Below, in pieces: positions 49,748-61,695 of a DNA stretch of 64,000 bases (position 1 is its first letter; each line of letters opens with the position of its first letter). Under the pieces are notes generated by a model. The model saw only the letters and a program-made list of their open reading frames with translations, was not told the origin of the DNA and searched no databases. A program made the position numbers and the translations under genes. The stretch is from Rhizomicrobium sp. (GTDB lineage Bacteria; Pseudomonadota; Alphaproteobacteria; Micropepsales; Micropepsaceae): NCBI GenBank assembly GCA_035251935.1, contig DATFDR010000011.1, forward strand, positions 21,103-85,102, given 5' to 3'.

Positions 49748-50844
49748 CAGCGCCAAATCCCCCGATGGCGTTGCTGGCGGAACTGACGCACCGATGCCCG
49801 TTGCAATGCCCCTATTGTTCCAACCCATTGGCGCTGGAGCGGGCGGCGGGAGAAATGCGGACGGCGGATTGGTTGCGCGCCATTGCCGAAGCCGCAGAGA
49901 TCGGTTGCATGCAGGTGCATTTTTCCGGCGGCGAGCCCACCCTGCGCCGCGACCTTGAAGAGCTGGTCGCAGGTGCGACGGCCGCGGGGCTTTATACCAA
50001 TCTGATTACATCCGGCGTCGGGCTGGACGCGGCGCGGCTCGAGGCGCTGATTGCCGCGGGGCTGGAGCATGTCCAGCTGAGTTTTCAAGATTCCGGAGCT
50101 GAACTTGGCGAGCGGATCGGCGGCTATAAAGGCGCGCAGGAAAAAAAGCTCGCGGCCGCCACCATGGTCAGAGCAGCGGGCTTGCCGTTGACAGCCAATT
50201 TTGTGGTGCATCGCCAGAACGCGGATCACCTCGAAGACATGCTCGATATGGCAGTGGCCATAGGGGCGCATCGGGTCGAGATCGCCAATGTGCAATATTA
50301 TGGCTGGGCGCTGAAGAACCGCGCCGCTCTGATGCCCAGCCGCAGTCAGCTTACGGCCATGACCGAAGCGGTCATGACGGCGCGCGATCGGCTGAAGGGT
50401 GTCATCGTTATCGACTATGTGGTCCCCGATTATTATGCCCGCCGTCCGAAATCCTGCATGGGCGGTTGGGGACGGCGCTTTCTCAATATTTCGCCGACCG
50501 GAAAGGTTTTGCCCTGTCACGCGGCGGAAAGCATTGCCGGCATGACGTTCGACAATGTGCGTCAACGCGGCTTGGCAGATATCTGGCGCAACTCCGAGGC
50601 CTTTAAACGGTTTCGCGGCCTGGACTGGATGCCCGAGCCGTGCCGCTCTTGCGACCGCAAGGAAATCGATTGGGGCGGCTGCCGTTGCCAGGCTTTTGCC
50701 ATCACGGGTGACGCGGCCAACACCGATCCGGCTTGCGGCCTGTCGCGTGATCACGACCTTCTGGTCCAGCTCGCCGAGCGGGAATCCGGCGCCAGCGACC
50801 CGGCGTTCGTCTATCGCCGTTATCGCGGAGCACCCGGCCGGTGA
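49744..50844 (+). CDS. pqqE: PQQ biosynthesis radical-SAM enzyme
   Basis: LLAELTHRCPLQCPYCSNP (CxxxCxxC) and a SPASM-type C-terminal Cys cluster. Confidence 0.95.
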   Translation: MTAPNPPMALLAELTHRCPLQCPYCSNPLALERAAGEMRTADWLRAIAEAAEIGCMQVHFSGGEPTLRRDLEELVAGATAAGLYTNLITSGVGLDAARLEALIAAGLEHVQLSFQDSGAELGERIGGYKGAQEKKLAAATMVRAAGLPLTANFVVHRQNADHLEDMLDMAVAIGAHRVEIANVQYYGWALKNRAALMPSRSQLTAMTEAVMTARDRLKGVIVIDYVVPDYYARRPKSCMGGWGRRFLNISPTGKVLPCHAAESIAGMTFDNVRQRGLADIWRNSEAFKRFRGLDWMPEPCRSCDRKEIDWGGCRCQAFAITGDAANTDPACGLSRDHDLLVQLAERESGASDPAFVYRRYRGAPGR

Positions 50845-50904
50845 CGCCGGCAATTGGGCCGGCATGGTGGGTGCGCGGCTGACCGCGAAGGCGCGTCGCC
50901 GGCT

Positions 50905-53190
50905 TTATTTGTCTTGCGTGGATGATGCGGAGGCCTGCGCTACCGCGAGCGCGGTCATGTTCACGATGCCGCGCGCGGTGACCGACGGCACCATCACATG
51001 CACCGGCTTGGAGACGCCCAACAAGAGCGGCCCCACCAGCAGGCCCTCGGTGGCCGCCGACAAAAGTGTCAACGCGATGTTGGCGGCATCCAAGGTGGGC
51101 ATCACCAAGAGATTGGCTGAGCCGGTCAGGGTGCTGTTGGACACGATGCGGGAGCGCAGGCTTTCGCTGAGCGCCGCGTCGGCATGCATTTCCCCGTCGA
51201 TCTCGAAATCGCAGCTTGCGGCGCGCAGCAATTCCAGCGCCTTGCGCATCTTTATGGCGCTGGGGGAGTGGGACGTGCCGAAGCTGGAATGGGACAAGAG
51301 CGCCGCTTTGGGCGCCAGACCGAAGCGACGCACCGTCTTGGCCGCCAACTGAGTCATTTCCGCGATCTGTTCGGCGCTTGGATCGACATTGACATGGGTG
51401 TCGCAGAAGAACAGCGCGCCATTGGGCAGGATCAAGGCCGCCAGAGAATAGAGACGGCTGACGCCGGGCTGGCGCGGAATGATGGGCAGGATGTTGCTGA
51501 GCTGGCGGGTCCAGTCGCCCAAGCCGCCGCAGAGCGCGGCATCCGCTTCGCCGGCTTCCAGCAGCATGGCGGCGGCGATGCCATGACGGGTGGCCAGCCA
51601 GCGCGCCGCCGAGTCCGGCTGCACCCCGCGCCGTTCCACCAACCGCTGATAGCGCTCGGTCAAAGGCGCGAAAAATTCGCGATCCTGTTGCGGGTCCAGG
51701 ATACGCACTTGCTGGGTGAAATCCAGTCTGAGACCCAACCGCTTGGTCTTTTCCAGAATGATCTGGCGGCGGCCGATCAAGGTGGGTTGGGCCAGGCCTT
51801 CGTCCACCACGTTCTGAACCGCGCGCAGAATGCGGTCTTCTTCCCCCTCGGCATAGACCACGCGCCGCGGATTCTGGCGCGCCACGTCGAACACCGGGCG
51901 CATCAATTGGCCCGAGCGATAGACGAATTTCTCCAACTCGTTTTCATAGGCGTGGAAATCGGCGATCGGCCGCCGTGCTACCCCCGAGTCCATCGCGGCA
52001 CGCGCCACGGCGGGGGCGATATGCAGGATCAAGCGCGGATCGAATGGTTTTGGGATGATGCTTTCGGGACCAAAACCGCTCAGCGAGCCGCCATAGGCAT
52101 TGGCGACCACGTCACTGGCCTCGGCGCGGGCCAGCGCCGCGATCGCCTCGACGGCGGCGACTTTCATCGGCTCGTTGATGGTGGTGGCATCCACATCCAG
52201 CGCGCCTCGGAACACAAAGGGAAAGCACAGGACATTGTTGACTTGGTTGACATAGTCAGACCGGCCGGTGGCGATGATGGCGTCGGGCCGCGCCGCCTTG
52301 GCCACCTCCGGCAGAATTTCCGGATCGGGATTGGCCAGCGCCAGGATCAGGGGCCTGGCAGCCATCTGCGGCAGCCATTCCGGTTTGAGCACGTTGGGCG
52401 CGGACAGGCCCAGAAAAACGTCGGCACCGACCAGGACGTCGCCCAACGTGCGCGCATCCGTCTTGCGGGCGTAGCGCGCCATGTTGGGCGGCATCGAATC
52501 GCCGCGATCCTTGTGCACCACGCCCTTAATGTCGGTGAGGGTGATATTGTCCACCGGCAGGCCCATCGCCACCAGCAAGTCCACACAGGCCAAGGCTGCT
52601 GCGCCGGCGCCGCTGGTGACCAGCTTCACATCGGACAGTGTCTTGCCCTGCAGCACCAAGCCGTTGCGGATGGCCGCGGCGCAGACGATGGCGGTGCCAT
52701 GCTGATCGTCATGAAAGACCGGAATCTTCATGCGCTCGCGCAGCTTCTTCTCGATGACGAAGCACTCAGGCGCCTTGATGTCTTCCAGATTGATGCCGCC
52801 GAAGGTCGGCTCCAGCGAGGCCACGATGTCCACGAAACGGTCTATGTCGGTTTCGTCCACTTCCAGGTCGAACACGTCGATGCCGGCGAATTTTTTGAAC
52901 AGGACGGCCTTGCCCTCCATCACCGGCTTGGAGGCCAGCGCGCCGATATTGCCCAACCCCAGCACCGCGGTGCCATTGGTGATGACCGCCACCAGATTGC
53001 CGCGGGCGGTATACTCGCGGGCTTTGCCCGGATCGGCCGCGATGGCCTCGCAAGGGGCGGCGACGCCCGGGGAATAGGCCAGCGCCAGGTCGCGCTGATT
53101 CGCCATCCGTTTGGTCGCCTCCACCGACAATTTGCCGGGGCGTGGCGAGCGGTGGTAAGCCAGCGCGCTTTTGCGGAAATCCTCGTCCAT
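50905..53190 (-). CDS. maeB: NADP-dependent malic enzyme (malic enzyme fused to a phosphotransacetylase-like domain)
   Basis: 761 aa; ..[16 protein letters not shown].., ..[40 protein letters not shown]... Confidence 0.9.
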   Translation of the reverse strand: MDEDFRKSALAYHRSPRPGKLSVEATKRMANQRDLALAYSPGVAAPCEAIAADPGKAREYTARGNLVAVITNGTAVLGLGNIGALASKPVMEGKAVLFKKFAGIDVFDLEVDETDIDRFVDIVASLEPTFGGINLEDIKAPECFVIEKKLRERMKIPVFHDDQHGTAIVCAAAIRNGLVLQGKTLSDVKLVTSGAGAAALACVDLLVAMGLPVDNITLTDIKGVVHKDRGDSMPPNMARYARKTDARTLGDVLVGADVFLGLSAPNVLKPEWLPQMAARPLILALANPDPEILPEVAKAARPDAIIATGRSDYVNQVNNVLCFPFVFRGALDVDATTINEPMKVAAVEAIAALARAEASDVVANAYGGSLSGFGPESIIPKPFDPRLILHIAPAVARAAMDSGVARRPIADFHAYENELEKFVYRSGQLMRPVFDVARQNPRRVVYAEGEEDRILRAVQNVVDEGLAQPTLIGRRQIILEKTKRLGLRLDFTQQVRILDPQQDREFFAPLTERYQRLVERRGVQPDSAARWLATRHGIAAAMLLEAGEADAALCGGLGDWTRQLSNILPIIPRQPGVSRLYSLAALILPNGALFFCDTHVNVDPSAEQIAEMTQLAAKTVRRFGLAPKAALLSHSSFGTSHSPSAIKMRKALELLRAASCDFEIDGEMHADAALSESLRSRIVSNSTLTGSANLLVMPTLDAANIALTLLSAATEGLLVGPLLLGVSKPVHVMVPSVTARGIVNMTALAVAQASASSTQDK

Positions 53191-53350
53191 TACCGACCCT
53201 GTCTCATGGGGACGGTAATTGGCAGGTCCGGGCGGCTAAAATCAAGCGTCCGGCAAACGGCCGGAGCCGGCGTTCCAGAAACACTCCCGCCAAGGCATAC
53301 TGCGGGGCATATTCTGGCGCATACAGGCTTTAAGACCTTAGGGAGATGTC

Positions 53351-54352
53351 ATGCAGTTGGGGATTGTTGGGCTGGGTCGCATGGGGGCCAATATCGGCCG
53401 CCGGTTGATGCGGGCCGGTCACGGCATTGTGGGCTTTGACGCCAGCGCGGATGCGGTGAAGGCCTTGGAAGGGGCCGTTGGCGCCGCCTCGCTGGAAGAG
53501 CTGGTGCAAAAATTGGACGCGCCGCGCACCGTCTGGGTGATGCTGCCGGCAGGCCGGGTCACGGAAGAGACCGTCGTGGCGCTGGGCGGCCTGCTGTCCC
53601 AGGGCGATTGCATCATTGACGGCGGCAACGCCTTTTTCAAAGACGATATCCGCCGCGCCCAGACCTTGGCCGAACGCGGCATCGCCTATCTCGATGTCGG
53701 CACGTCAGGCGGCGTGTGGGGCTTGGAACGCGGCTATTGCATGATGATCGGCGGCGACAAGAAAGCCGTGGATCGCCTGGACCCGATTTTCAAATCCCTG
53801 GCGCCTGGCATGGGCGCTATTGCCAAGACGCCCAATCGCGAAACGTGCGACCCGCGCGTGACAGAAGGTTACATGCATGTGGGTCCCGCAGGCTCCGGGC
53901 ATTTCGTCAAGATGGTGCATAACGGCATTGAGTATGGATTGATGCAGGCCTTTGCCGAAGGCTTTGACATCATGCGGGGGCGAAACAGCGACAAGCTTCC
54001 GGACGACGAGCGTTTCGACATCAATGTCGCCGATGTCGCGGAAGTGTGGCGGCGCGGCAGCGTGGTGGCGTCCTGGCTGCTGGATCTGACCGCCATCGCG
54101 CTGGTCAAATCGGAAACGCTGGAGGAATTCAGCGGCAAGGTGGACGATAGCGGGGAGGGACGCTGGACCATTCAGGCGGCAGTGGACGAGGCGGTGGCCG
54201 CGCCGGTGATCACGGCGGCGCTCTATGCCCGCTTCCGCTCGCGCATCGACAATAGCTTCGGGGAAAAGCTGCTCTCCGCCATGCGCAAGGAGTTCGGCGG
54301 CCACATCGAAAGCGTCGTTCCCTCGCACAAGGCAAAGGATGAGGACAAATGA
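53351..54352 (+). CDS. gnd: 6-phosphogluconate dehydrogenase, decarboxylating (short, ~330-aa type)
   Basis: [19 protein letters not shown].., ..GGNAFFKDD.., ..[16 protein letters not shown]... Confidence 0.85.
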   Translation: MQLGIVGLGRMGANIGRRLMRAGHGIVGFDASADAVKALEGAVGAASLEELVQKLDAPRTVWVMLPAGRVTEETVVALGGLLSQGDCIIDGGNAFFKDDIRRAQTLAERGIAYLDVGTSGGVWGLERGYCMMIGGDKKAVDRLDPIFKSLAPGMGAIAKTPNRETCDPRVTEGYMHVGPAGSGHFVKMVHNGIEYGLMQAFAEGFDIMRGRNSDKLPDDERFDINVADVAEVWRRGSVVASWLLDLTAIALVKSETLEEFSGKVDDSGEGRWTIQAAVDEAVAAPVITAALYARFRSRIDNSFGEKLLSAMRKEFGGHIESVVPSHKAKDEDK

Positions 54353-55857
54353 GCATGCAGTCTCACAAATCCCCGCCGCCGCCCTGCGCCATTGTGATCT
54401 TCGGCGCCAATGGCGACCTGACCAAGCGGCTGATCGTCCCGGCGCTGTACAATCTGGCGCGCACCCGGCTGCTGCCGGGCGGCCTGGCCCTGGTGGGCGT
54501 GGACCATAACAAGAAGACCAGCGAGGAATGGACGCAGCAGCTCAAGGATTTTCTGGCCCAGGTCTTGGCCAAGAACAATGAGGCGATAGACGAAACGCTG
54601 TGGCAGCAGGTCGCCCGCAGCATGACCTTCCTCAGCGGCGACTTCGAGGCGCCCGATACCTATCAGCGCCTGAAGGATCTCTTGGCGAAGCTGGACAAGC
54701 AGCATTCCCTGTCCGGCAATGTGCTGTTCTACATGGCGGTGGCCGACCGCTTTTTTGCCACCATCGCCGCCAAGCTGGGCGAAGCCCAGTTGGTCAAGCC
54801 CGACGATAAAGGCTTTCGCCGCCTGATCGTGGAAAAGCCGTTCGGTCACGACCTGGCTTCGGCACGCGCCCTCAATGCCTGTCTGCTGAAATGGCTGAGG
54901 GAAGAGCAGATCTACCGCATCGATCACTTCCTGGGCAAGGAAACGGTGCAGAACATCATGGCGCTGCGCTTCGCCAATGGCTTGTTCGAGCCGATCTGGA
55001 ATCGCGACCGCATCGACCATGTCCAGATCACGGTGGCGGAATCGATCGGGGTGGAGACGCGCGGCAAGTTTTATGAGGCCACCGGCGCGTTGCGCGATAT
55101 GATTCCCAACCATCTCTTCCAACTGGTGGCGATGACGGCGATGGAGCCGCCGGTTTCGTTCGATGCCGAGGATATTCGCGCCAAAAAGGCGGAAATGTTC
55201 AAGGCGATCCACCCGCTCACCTTGGGCGATGTGGTGCGCGGCCAGTATGACAGCGGCATTGTCGGCGATGAAAAAGCCAAGGCCTATCGTGCGGAAAGCA
55301 ACGTCTCGCCGGATTCCACTGTGGAAACCTATGCCGCGATGCGGCTGATGATCGACAATTGGCGCTGGGCGGGGGTGCCCTTTTATCTGCGCACCGGCAA
55401 GCGGCTGACCAAGCGCTATACCGAAATCGCCATCCGCTTCAAGAGCGCTCCCTTGGCGCTGTTTCGCGAAACCCCGGTGGACGAGCTGGATGCCGACTGG
55501 TTGATCCTGCGCATCCAGCCCGAGGAAGGCATCCGCCTGCGTTTCAACGCCAAACGTCCGGGTCCCGCCATGGCGCTGGAAAGCGTGGCGATGGAGTTCA
55601 AGTACAAGGACTATTTCAAGCAGGCGCCCGCCGTCGGTTATGAGACGTTGATCTATGATTGCCTGATCGGTGACGCGACCTTGTTTCAGCGCGCCGATCA
55701 GGTGGAAGCGGCTTGGGCCCTGGTCGAACCGGTGCTGACCGGCTGGGCCAGCACCACGCCCCGCCATTTCCCCAACTATGCCGCCGGCAGCGAAGGTCCC
55801 AGCGCCGCCAACGACCTCTTGGCGCGCGACGGCAGGTCCTGGCGGGGTATTAAGTGA
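54349..55857 (+). CDS. zwf: Glucose-6-phosphate 1-dehydrogenase
   Basis: [29 protein letters not shown], ..EKPFGHDL... Confidence 0.9.
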   Translation: MSMQSHKSPPPPCAIVIFGANGDLTKRLIVPALYNLARTRLLPGGLALVGVDHNKKTSEEWTQQLKDFLAQVLAKNNEAIDETLWQQVARSMTFLSGDFEAPDTYQRLKDLLAKLDKQHSLSGNVLFYMAVADRFFATIAAKLGEAQLVKPDDKGFRRLIVEKPFGHDLASARALNACLLKWLREEQIYRIDHFLGKETVQNIMALRFANGLFEPIWNRDRIDHVQITVAESIGVETRGKFYEATGALRDMIPNHLFQLVAMTAMEPPVSFDAEDIRAKKAEMFKAIHPLTLGDVVRGQYDSGIVGDEKAKAYRAESNVSPDSTVETYAAMRLMIDNWRWAGVPFYLRTGKRLTKRYTEIAIRFKSAPLALFRETPVDELDADWLILRIQPEEGIRLRFNAKRPGPAMALESVAMEFKYKDYFKQAPAVGYETLIYDCLIGDATLFQRADQVEAAWALVEPVLTGWASTTPRHFPNYAAGSEGPSAANDLLARDGRSWRGIK

Positions 55858-56579
55858 CAGGTATCGCCGGCACGCTGGAAGTCGTGAAGGACGCCGGCGC
55901 CTTGGCGGCGCGGGCGGCTGAGATCGTTGCAGGGCGGCTGCGCGTCGCCCAGTATCCGTTCCGCCTGGTGCTGCCCGGAGGGTCTACGCCGCGCGCCACC
56001 TATCAGCTGCTGGCCCGCCAAGCGCTGGACTGGGACTGCGCCGAACTTTTCTTCAGCGACGAACGTTTCGTGCCGCCCGACCACAAAGATTCCAATTATC
56101 GGATGGTGCGCGAGACGCTGCTGGCCTCTAGCTTTGTCAATCCGCGCAAAGTGCTGGCCATTCCCACCGACGGCACCCCGCAGAGCGCCGCGGATCGCTA
56201 TGATGAGACCCTGCGCCAGCAATATGGCGCCGGCACCTTGGAGCTGGGGGTGCCGTTGTTTCATCTGACTTTGCTGGGCCTGGGCGATGACGGTCATACC
56301 GCGTCGCTGTTGCCGGGTCAGGCGGTTTTGGAGGAGCGCGAGCGTTGGGCAGCCGCGGTGCCACAGGGCCGCTCCGAGCCCCGCATCACCCTGACCTATC
56401 CTGCGCTGGAATCCAGCGAATTGATCTTGTTTCTGGTCAGCGGCGCGGGCAAGCGCGATGCCCTGGCCCAGGCGCGCGGTGGGACCGGGCCCGCGGGCGG
56501 GATCAAACCGCAAGGCGAGGTGTTGTGGTTGGTGGACAGGGAAGCGGCGGGGGAGGAAGACCAAGGTTACGGGTTCTGA
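55854..56579 (+). CDS. pgl: 6-phosphogluconolactonase
   Basis: ..LVLPGGSTPRATYQLL.., ..FFSDERFVPPDHKDSNY.., LLGLGDDGHTASL. GTG start overlapping the zwf stop. Confidence 0.85.
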   Translation: MTGIAGTLEVVKDAGALAARAAEIVAGRLRVAQYPFRLVLPGGSTPRATYQLLARQALDWDCAELFFSDERFVPPDHKDSNYRMVRETLLASSFVNPRKVLAIPTDGTPQSAADRYDETLRQQYGAGTLELGVPLFHLTLLGLGDDGHTASLLPGQAVLEERERWAAAVPQGRSEPRITLTYPALESSELILFLVSGAGKRDALAQARGGTGPAGGIKPQGEVLWLVDREAAGEEDQGYGF

Positions 56580-58372
56580 TGGCGCGTATTGAGGACTATG
56601 CCATGATCGGCGATTGCCGCACGGCGGCGATCGTGTGCCGCGACGGCTCCATCGACTGGTTTTGCGTGCCGCGTTTTGATTCCGCGGCCTGTTTTGCCGC
56701 CCTGTTGGGCACCAAAGACAATGGCCGCTGGCTGATCGCCCCGGCGGCGAAGAAATTCACCACCAACCGGCGCTATCGTGGCGATAGCCTGATCCTGGAG
56801 ACGTTTTTCACCACCGCGACCGGCAAGGCCAAGGTGATCGACTTCATGGCCCCCCATACGCCGGATTGCTGCATCGTGCGCATCGTGGAATGTCTGGAAG
56901 GGCGCGTGGATATGCGCACCGAATTGGCCATCCGCTTCGACTATGGCGTGACCATTCCTTGGGTATCGCGGCGCGACAGCCGCACCATGACGGCGGTGGC
57001 GGGCCCGCATCTGCTCACTTTCCGCACGCCCGCCCAGGTGCGGGGGGAAAATATGCATTCGGTGGCGGAATTCCGGCTCAGGAAGGGTGAGACCATGCCC
57101 TTTGTGCTGGCCTATGGCGAATCCTTCCGTCCCGTGCCGCTTTCCATCGATGCGGTCATCGCGCTGGATGAAACCGAACGCTATTGGCGGCGCTGGTCGG
57201 GGGTTTGCAAGGTGAAGGGCAAATGGCGCACCGTCATCATGCGTTCGCTTCTGACCTTGAAGGGTCTGTCTTATGCGCCGACCGGCGGCATTGTGGCGGC
57301 GGCGACCACCTCGCTGCCGGAAAAAATCGGGGGTACCCGCAATTGGGACTATCGCTATTGCTGGCTCCGGGATGCCACCTTCACGCTCCTGGCCTTTCTG
57401 AATGCGGGCTATACCGAAGAGGCCACCGTCTGGCAGCATTGGCTGATGCGGGTGATCGCCGGGGCGCCGCAACAACTTCAGACCATGTACAATGTGATGG
57501 GCGAGAAGCGGCTGGACGAGCTGGAGTTGCCGCATTTGCCGGGCTATGAAAATTCCCGGCCCGTGCGGATCGGCAATGCCGCCCATATCCAATTGCAGCT
57601 CGATATCTATGGCGAACTGGCGGATGTGATGGCCCAGGCGCAGGCCGGCGGCCTGCCGCCCAGTCCCCGTGGGACCGAATTGCGCCATGTTTTCATGGCG
57701 CATCTGGAGAAGAATTGGCGCCGGCCCGATGAGGGAATTTGGGAAACTCGCGGCCGGTCGCAGCATTTCGTTCATTCCAAAGTGATGACATGGGTGGCGT
57801 TCGACCGCGCCTCCAAGGCGCCCGATTCCACGGCGCGGCAGAAAGCCCATTGGAAAAGAATGGCGCGCAAGATCCATGCCGATATCTGCAAGCAAGGTTT
57901 GGACAAAAAACGCAGCTGTTTCGTGCAGGCCTATGGTTCGCAGCGATTGGATGCCAGTTTGCTGCTTTTGCCGCTGGTGGGGTTCCTTCCGCCAACCGAC
58001 CGGCGGATCAAAAAGACGGTGCGCGAGATCGAAAAACGGCTGATCCACAAAGGCCTGGTGCAACGCTACGAGAATGACAGCGGTGTGGACGGTCTGCCGC
58101 CCGGCGAAGGGGCCTTTCTGGCTTGCAGTTTCTGGCTGGCCGACAACTATATCCTGATGGGACGCCGCGCCCAGGCTCTGCGGTTGTTCAACCGGCTGCG
58201 CCGTCTGGCCAATGACGTGGGCCTCTATGCCGAGGAGTATGACGCTGCGGAAAGGCGCATGGTGGGCAATTTTCCACAAGCCTTTTCGCATGTCGCCTTG
58301 ATCAACACGGCGCTGGCCCTGATGACGAAAGACAAGATTAAAAGAAAGGCTTCCAACCTTGGCCACGCTTAA
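56579..58372 (+). CDS. Glycoside hydrolase family 15 (glucoamylase/trehalase-like), copy 1
   Basis: MARIEDYAMIGDCRTAAIVCRDGSIDWFCVPRFDSAACF.., ..NWDYRYCWLRDATF.., ..GNFPQAFSHVALI... ATG at 56579 overlaps the pgl stop. Confidence 0.85.
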   Translation: MARIEDYAMIGDCRTAAIVCRDGSIDWFCVPRFDSAACFAALLGTKDNGRWLIAPAAKKFTTNRRYRGDSLILETFFTTATGKAKVIDFMAPHTPDCCIVRIVECLEGRVDMRTELAIRFDYGVTIPWVSRRDSRTMTAVAGPHLLTFRTPAQVRGENMHSVAEFRLRKGETMPFVLAYGESFRPVPLSIDAVIALDETERYWRRWSGVCKVKGKWRTVIMRSLLTLKGLSYAPTGGIVAAATTSLPEKIGGTRNWDYRYCWLRDATFTLLAFLNAGYTEEATVWQHWLMRVIAGAPQQLQTMYNVMGEKRLDELELPHLPGYENSRPVRIGNAAHIQLQLDIYGELADVMAQAQAGGLPPSPRGTELRHVFMAHLEKNWRRPDEGIWETRGRSQHFVHSKVMTWVAFDRASKAPDSTARQKAHWKRMARKIHADICKQGLDKKRSCFVQAYGSQRLDASLLLLPLVGFLPPTDRRIKKTVREIEKRLIHKGLVQRYENDSGVDGLPPGEGAFLACSFWLADNYILMGRRAQALRLFNRLRRLANDVGLYAEEYDAAERRMVGNFPQAFSHVALINTALALMTKDKIKRKASNLGHA

Positions 58373-59069
58373 GCGCATTCTCTGCATTGATGTTGGCGGC
58401 ACCGGCGTGAAGGCGGCGGTGATTTCGCCGCGCGGAAAATATCTGGTGGAACGGGTACGAATTAAGACGCCCGAGCAGCGCAAGCCCGCGCAAATGGTCA
58501 AAGTTTTGACCGGACTGGCGACGACTTTGGGCGCCTTCGATCATGTCACGATCGGTTTTCCCGGCGTGATCAAGAACGGCAAGGTGATCAGCACACCGTC
58601 TTTCGGCACGCAGGATTGGAAAAATTTTCCCCTGGCCGCGGTGCTGCGCAAGACGCTGGGCGTGCCGGTCAAGGTGCTCAACGACGCCGATGTGCAGGGG
58701 TTGGCGGCGATCCGTGGCAAGGGGCTGGAACTGGTCTGCACCCTGGGCACCGGTTTTGGCACGGCCTGGTTTCGCGACGGCGAATTGATGCCGCACATGG
58801 ACCTGGCGCATTTGGTGATGCATAGCAAGGATGATTTCGATGTTTACTTGGGCGACAAAACCCGCCGCAAGATCGGCGATCGCCACTGGAACAGGCGAAT
58901 TAAGAAATTGGTCGGCGTGCTGGAGACGGTGTTTGCCTATGACCGTCTTTATCTGGGCGGCGGCAATTCGCGCTGCGTTAACATCAAGCTGCCCGCCAAT
59001 GTGACATTGGTTTCCAATGATGCAGGCATGGAAGGCGGGGCTTTCGCCTGGTCCCGCTTCAAAAGCTAG
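58359..59069 (+). CDS. ROK-family (polyphosphate-)glucokinase-like protein
   Basis: ..ILCIDVGGTGVKAAVISPRG.., ..VLNDADVQGLA.., ..LGTGFGTA... TTG start, so start confidence is lower. Confidence 0.7.
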   Translation: MATLKRILCIDVGGTGVKAAVISPRGKYLVERVRIKTPEQRKPAQMVKVLTGLATTLGAFDHVTIGFPGVIKNGKVISTPSFGTQDWKNFPLAAVLRKTLGVPVKVLNDADVQGLAAIRGKGLELVCTLGTGFGTAWFRDGELMPHMDLAHLVMHSKDDFDVYLGDKTRRKIGDRHWNRRIKKLVGVLETVFAYDRLYLGGGNSRCVNIKLPANVTLVSNDAGMEGGAFAWSRFKS

Positions 59070-59182
59070 GAAGCATTTTCGGGAACTCCTTGCACGGCTT
59101 GGGCGTTTCGACCCCATTGATCGAAGCCCATTTTATTTTGCCTTTGTGAAATACGGGCGCTGAAAGCTGTTGGGAAACCTGG

Positions 59183-59911
59183 ATGATGCCGCCGGTCAGT
59201 GGAAGCACGGCCCTTTTTTTGGACATTGATGGAACTCTTCTGGACCTGGCGCGGACGCCGGACCGGGTTAAGGTGCCGCACGATCTGTCGCGCGCCTTGG
59301 AGCGTCTGACCGATCGACTGTCCGGCGCGCTGGCTTTTGTCAGCGGCCGCTCGCTGGAGGGAATCGACAAACTCTTTTCGCCTTTTCGGCCTGCCGCCAT
59401 TGGCGCGCATGGTGGAGAAATTCGCAGCATCGATGGGGCGGTGTCGCGCAGCCAGCCCTTGTCCGAAAAGGTGGTGGAGGTATTTTCCGGCCTGGCGCAG
59501 AACATTCCCGGTCTGCTCTTGGAAGACAAACGCTGCGCCTTGGCGTTGCACTACCGTCTGGCGCCGGAAGCGCGGCCGGTTCTCAACGCGGCGATGGAAA
59601 AGCACGCCAAGCTTTTTGAAAGCGAAAAGGTGCACATCCTGCACGGCAAGTCGGTGATCGAAGCGCGTCCCTTGGGCATCGACAAAGGCACGGCCGTTGC
59701 GGCGCTGGCCAAGCAGAAGCCGTTTGCCGGGCGCGCCATCCTGTTCGGCGGCGACGACACCACCGATCTGGATGTGTTTCGCATACTGCCGCAGTTAGGC
59801 GGGCGCGGGTTTTCCGTTGGCCAGCATTTTCCCGGCGCCGAGCATATCTTTGAGTCGCCGCGGGCGGTGCGGCAATGGTTGACAAGACTCGCCGAGGCGG
59901 AGCTGCGATGA
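59183..59911 (+). CDS. otsB: Trehalose-6-phosphate phosphatase
   Basis: ALFLDIDGTLLDLA (HAD motif I), ..GKSVIEARP..IDKG.., ..GGDDTTDLDVF... Confidence 0.85.
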   Translation: MMPPVSGSTALFLDIDGTLLDLARTPDRVKVPHDLSRALERLTDRLSGALAFVSGRSLEGIDKLFSPFRPAAIGAHGGEIRSIDGAVSRSQPLSEKVVEVFSGLAQNIPGLLLEDKRCALALHYRLAPEARPVLNAAMEKHAKLFESEKVHILHGKSVIEARPLGIDKGTAVAALAKQKPFAGRAILFGGDDTTDLDVFRILPQLGGRGFSVGQHFPGAEHIFESPRAVRQWLTRLAEAELR

Positions 59912-61695
59912 CCGGACCGGTTGATCTCGCCGTCATCGGCAATGGCCGCATCGCCGCCCTGATCGACAGCACGGGGCGGTTGGTGTGGTGGTGCTTTCCC
60001 CGCTTCGACAGCGACCCCGTCTTCAGCCGCCTGATCGCGGGTGACGAGGAAAAAGGTTTCTCGGACGTGGCGCTGGATCGTCAGGTCAAGGCCGAATCTC
60101 AGTATGAGCGCAACACCGCCACCGTCATCACGGTGCTGACCTCTGACGATGGCGCCCAGGTCAAGATCACCGATTTCGCTCCGCGCCTGGGCAATTTCGA
60201 CCGCTTGCTGCGTCCGCCGCAACTGATGCGGATCATCGAACCGGTGGCGGGCTTACCGCGCATCGCCATCCGGGTGCGTCCCACCCAGTTTTACGGCACT
60301 CCGATGAAGCGCAAGGTGGCGGGCTCCAGCCATGTGACCTATGGCGAGCCGCCCCTGATCCGGCTGACCACCGATGCATCCTTGTCCTATATCCAGCATG
60401 AGACGCCTTTCGCCCTGACGCGGCCGCTGCATCTGGTGTTCGGACCGGATGAGCCTTTCATGGGCGACATCGCCTCCACGGTGCGCGATTTTTATGAACG
60501 CACCCGCGATCATTGGCGCGAATGGGTGCGCCGCCTGTCGATCGCCTATGAATGGCAGGAAGCCAGCATACGCGCCGCCATCACCCTCAAACTGACGACC
60601 TTCGAGGAGACCGGCGGCATTGTCGCGGCCCTCACCACCTCGCTGCCGGAGGCGCCGCATTCCGGGCGCACCTGGGACTATCGCTATTGCTGGCTCCGGG
60701 ATGCCTATTTTGTGGTGAAGGCGCTCAATGCCATCGGCGCCACCCGCTCGATGGAGCAGTATATCGCCTATATCCTCTCCATCGCGGGCAATGTGGAAAC
60801 TTTGGCGCCGTGTTACGGCATCGTGCCTTCCGAAGACCTCACCGAATGGATCGCGCCGGACCTCAAGGGCTTTGAAGGCCATGGCCCAGTGCGCATCGGC
60901 AATGCTGCGGTGGAACAGGTGCAGCACGATGCCTATGGTAGCGTCATTCTGGCGGCGACGCCGATGTTCTTCGACAGGCGTCTGCCTTATCCCGGCGACG
61001 AAAGCCTGTTTCGCTTGTTGGAGAAGCTGGCTCGGCAATGCGCCCATCTGGCGCTGGAGCCCGATGCGGGCATCTGGGAATTCCGCGGCCGCAAGCGCAT
61101 CCATACCCATTCGGGCGCCATGTGCTGGGCGGGCCTGAGCCGCACCGCGGCGATCGCGGCGCGCCTGGGCCTTCAGGATCGCGCCCGTCATTGGCAGGAT
61201 CTGGCGGATTCGATCGGCGGCGAACTTCTGCAGCGGGTATGGAATCCCAAGCGCAATGCGTTTGCCGCCGCCGAAGGCGTGGATGACATGGATGCCAGCG
61301 TGCTGCTGCTGCCGGAACTGGGGCTGATTGACGCCCGCGACCCGCGCTTTGCTTCCACCGTCGCTGCGATCGAGCAAGACCTGGTGCGCGGCCGCCATGT
61401 GATGCGTTATGCGGCCGAAGACGATTTCGGCCTGCCGGAAACCGAATTTCTGGTTTGCCGCTTCTGGCTGATTGATGCGCTGGCGGCGCTCGGCCGCCGC
61501 GAGGAAGCGCGCGAGCGGTATCAGGACGCACTGGCGCTGCGCAACGCCTATGGACTGTTGGCGGAAGATATCCACCCGCAAACCGGCGCCCTATGGGGCA
61601 ATTTTCCCCAGACTTATTCTATGGCGGGGGTCATCCTCAGCGCGATGCGGCTGAGCCAGAGCTGGGAGGACCGCTATTGGCACGCCTCTTCATAA
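59908..61695 (+). CDS. Glycoside hydrolase family 15 (glucoamylase/trehalase-like), copy 2
   Basis: MTGPVDLAVIGNGRIAALIDSTGRLVWWCFPRFDSDPVF.., ..TWDYRYCWLRDAYF.., ..GNFPQTYSMAGVI... ATGA overlap with otsB. Confidence 0.85.
   Translation: MTGPVDLAVIGNGRIAALIDSTGRLVWWCFPRFDSDPVFSRLIAGDEEKGFSDVALDRQVKAESQYERNTATVITVLTSDDGAQVKITDFAPRLGNFDRLLRPPQLMRIIEPVAGLPRIAIRVRPTQFYGTPMKRKVAGSSHVTYGEPPLIRLTTDASLSYIQHETPFALTRPLHLVFGPDEPFMGDIASTVRDFYERTRDHWREWVRRLSIAYEWQEASIRAAITLKLTTFEETGGIVAALTTSLPEAPHSGRTWDYRYCWLRDAYFVVKALNAIGATRSMEQYIAYILSIAGNVETLAPCYGIVPSEDLTEWIAPDLKGFEGHGPVRIGNAAVEQVQHDAYGSVILAATPMFFDRRLPYPGDESLFRLLEKLARQCAHLALEPDAGIWEFRGRKRIHTHSGAMCWAGLSRTAAIAARLGLQDRARHWQDLADSIGGELLQRVWNPKRNAFAAAEGVDDMDASVLLLPELGLIDARDPRFASTVAAIEQDLVRGRHVMRYAAEDDFGLPETEFLVCRFWLIDALAALGRREEARERYQDALALRNAYGLLAEDIHPQTGALWGNFPQTYSMAGVILSAMRLSQSWEDRYWHASS

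Noticed and set aside
51184-53439. 751-aa plus-strand ORF
   Set aside because: It is antisense to maeB (a clear malic enzyme). It has a low-complexity R/G/A/H/D-rich translation and would also run through the maeB/gnd promoter region. It is a shadow ORF. The same holds for 54223..55767 (antisense zwf), 56567..58501 (antisense GH15), 60253..61581 and 61674..63245 (antisense GH15/otsA).
61593-61676. The ATG at 61593 as the otsA start (as in the ORF track)
   Set aside because: It would add 28 non-homologous residues and overlap the GH15 gene by about 100 nt. The conserved OtsA N-terminus (..[10 protein letters not shown]) begins right after the in-frame TTG at 61677.
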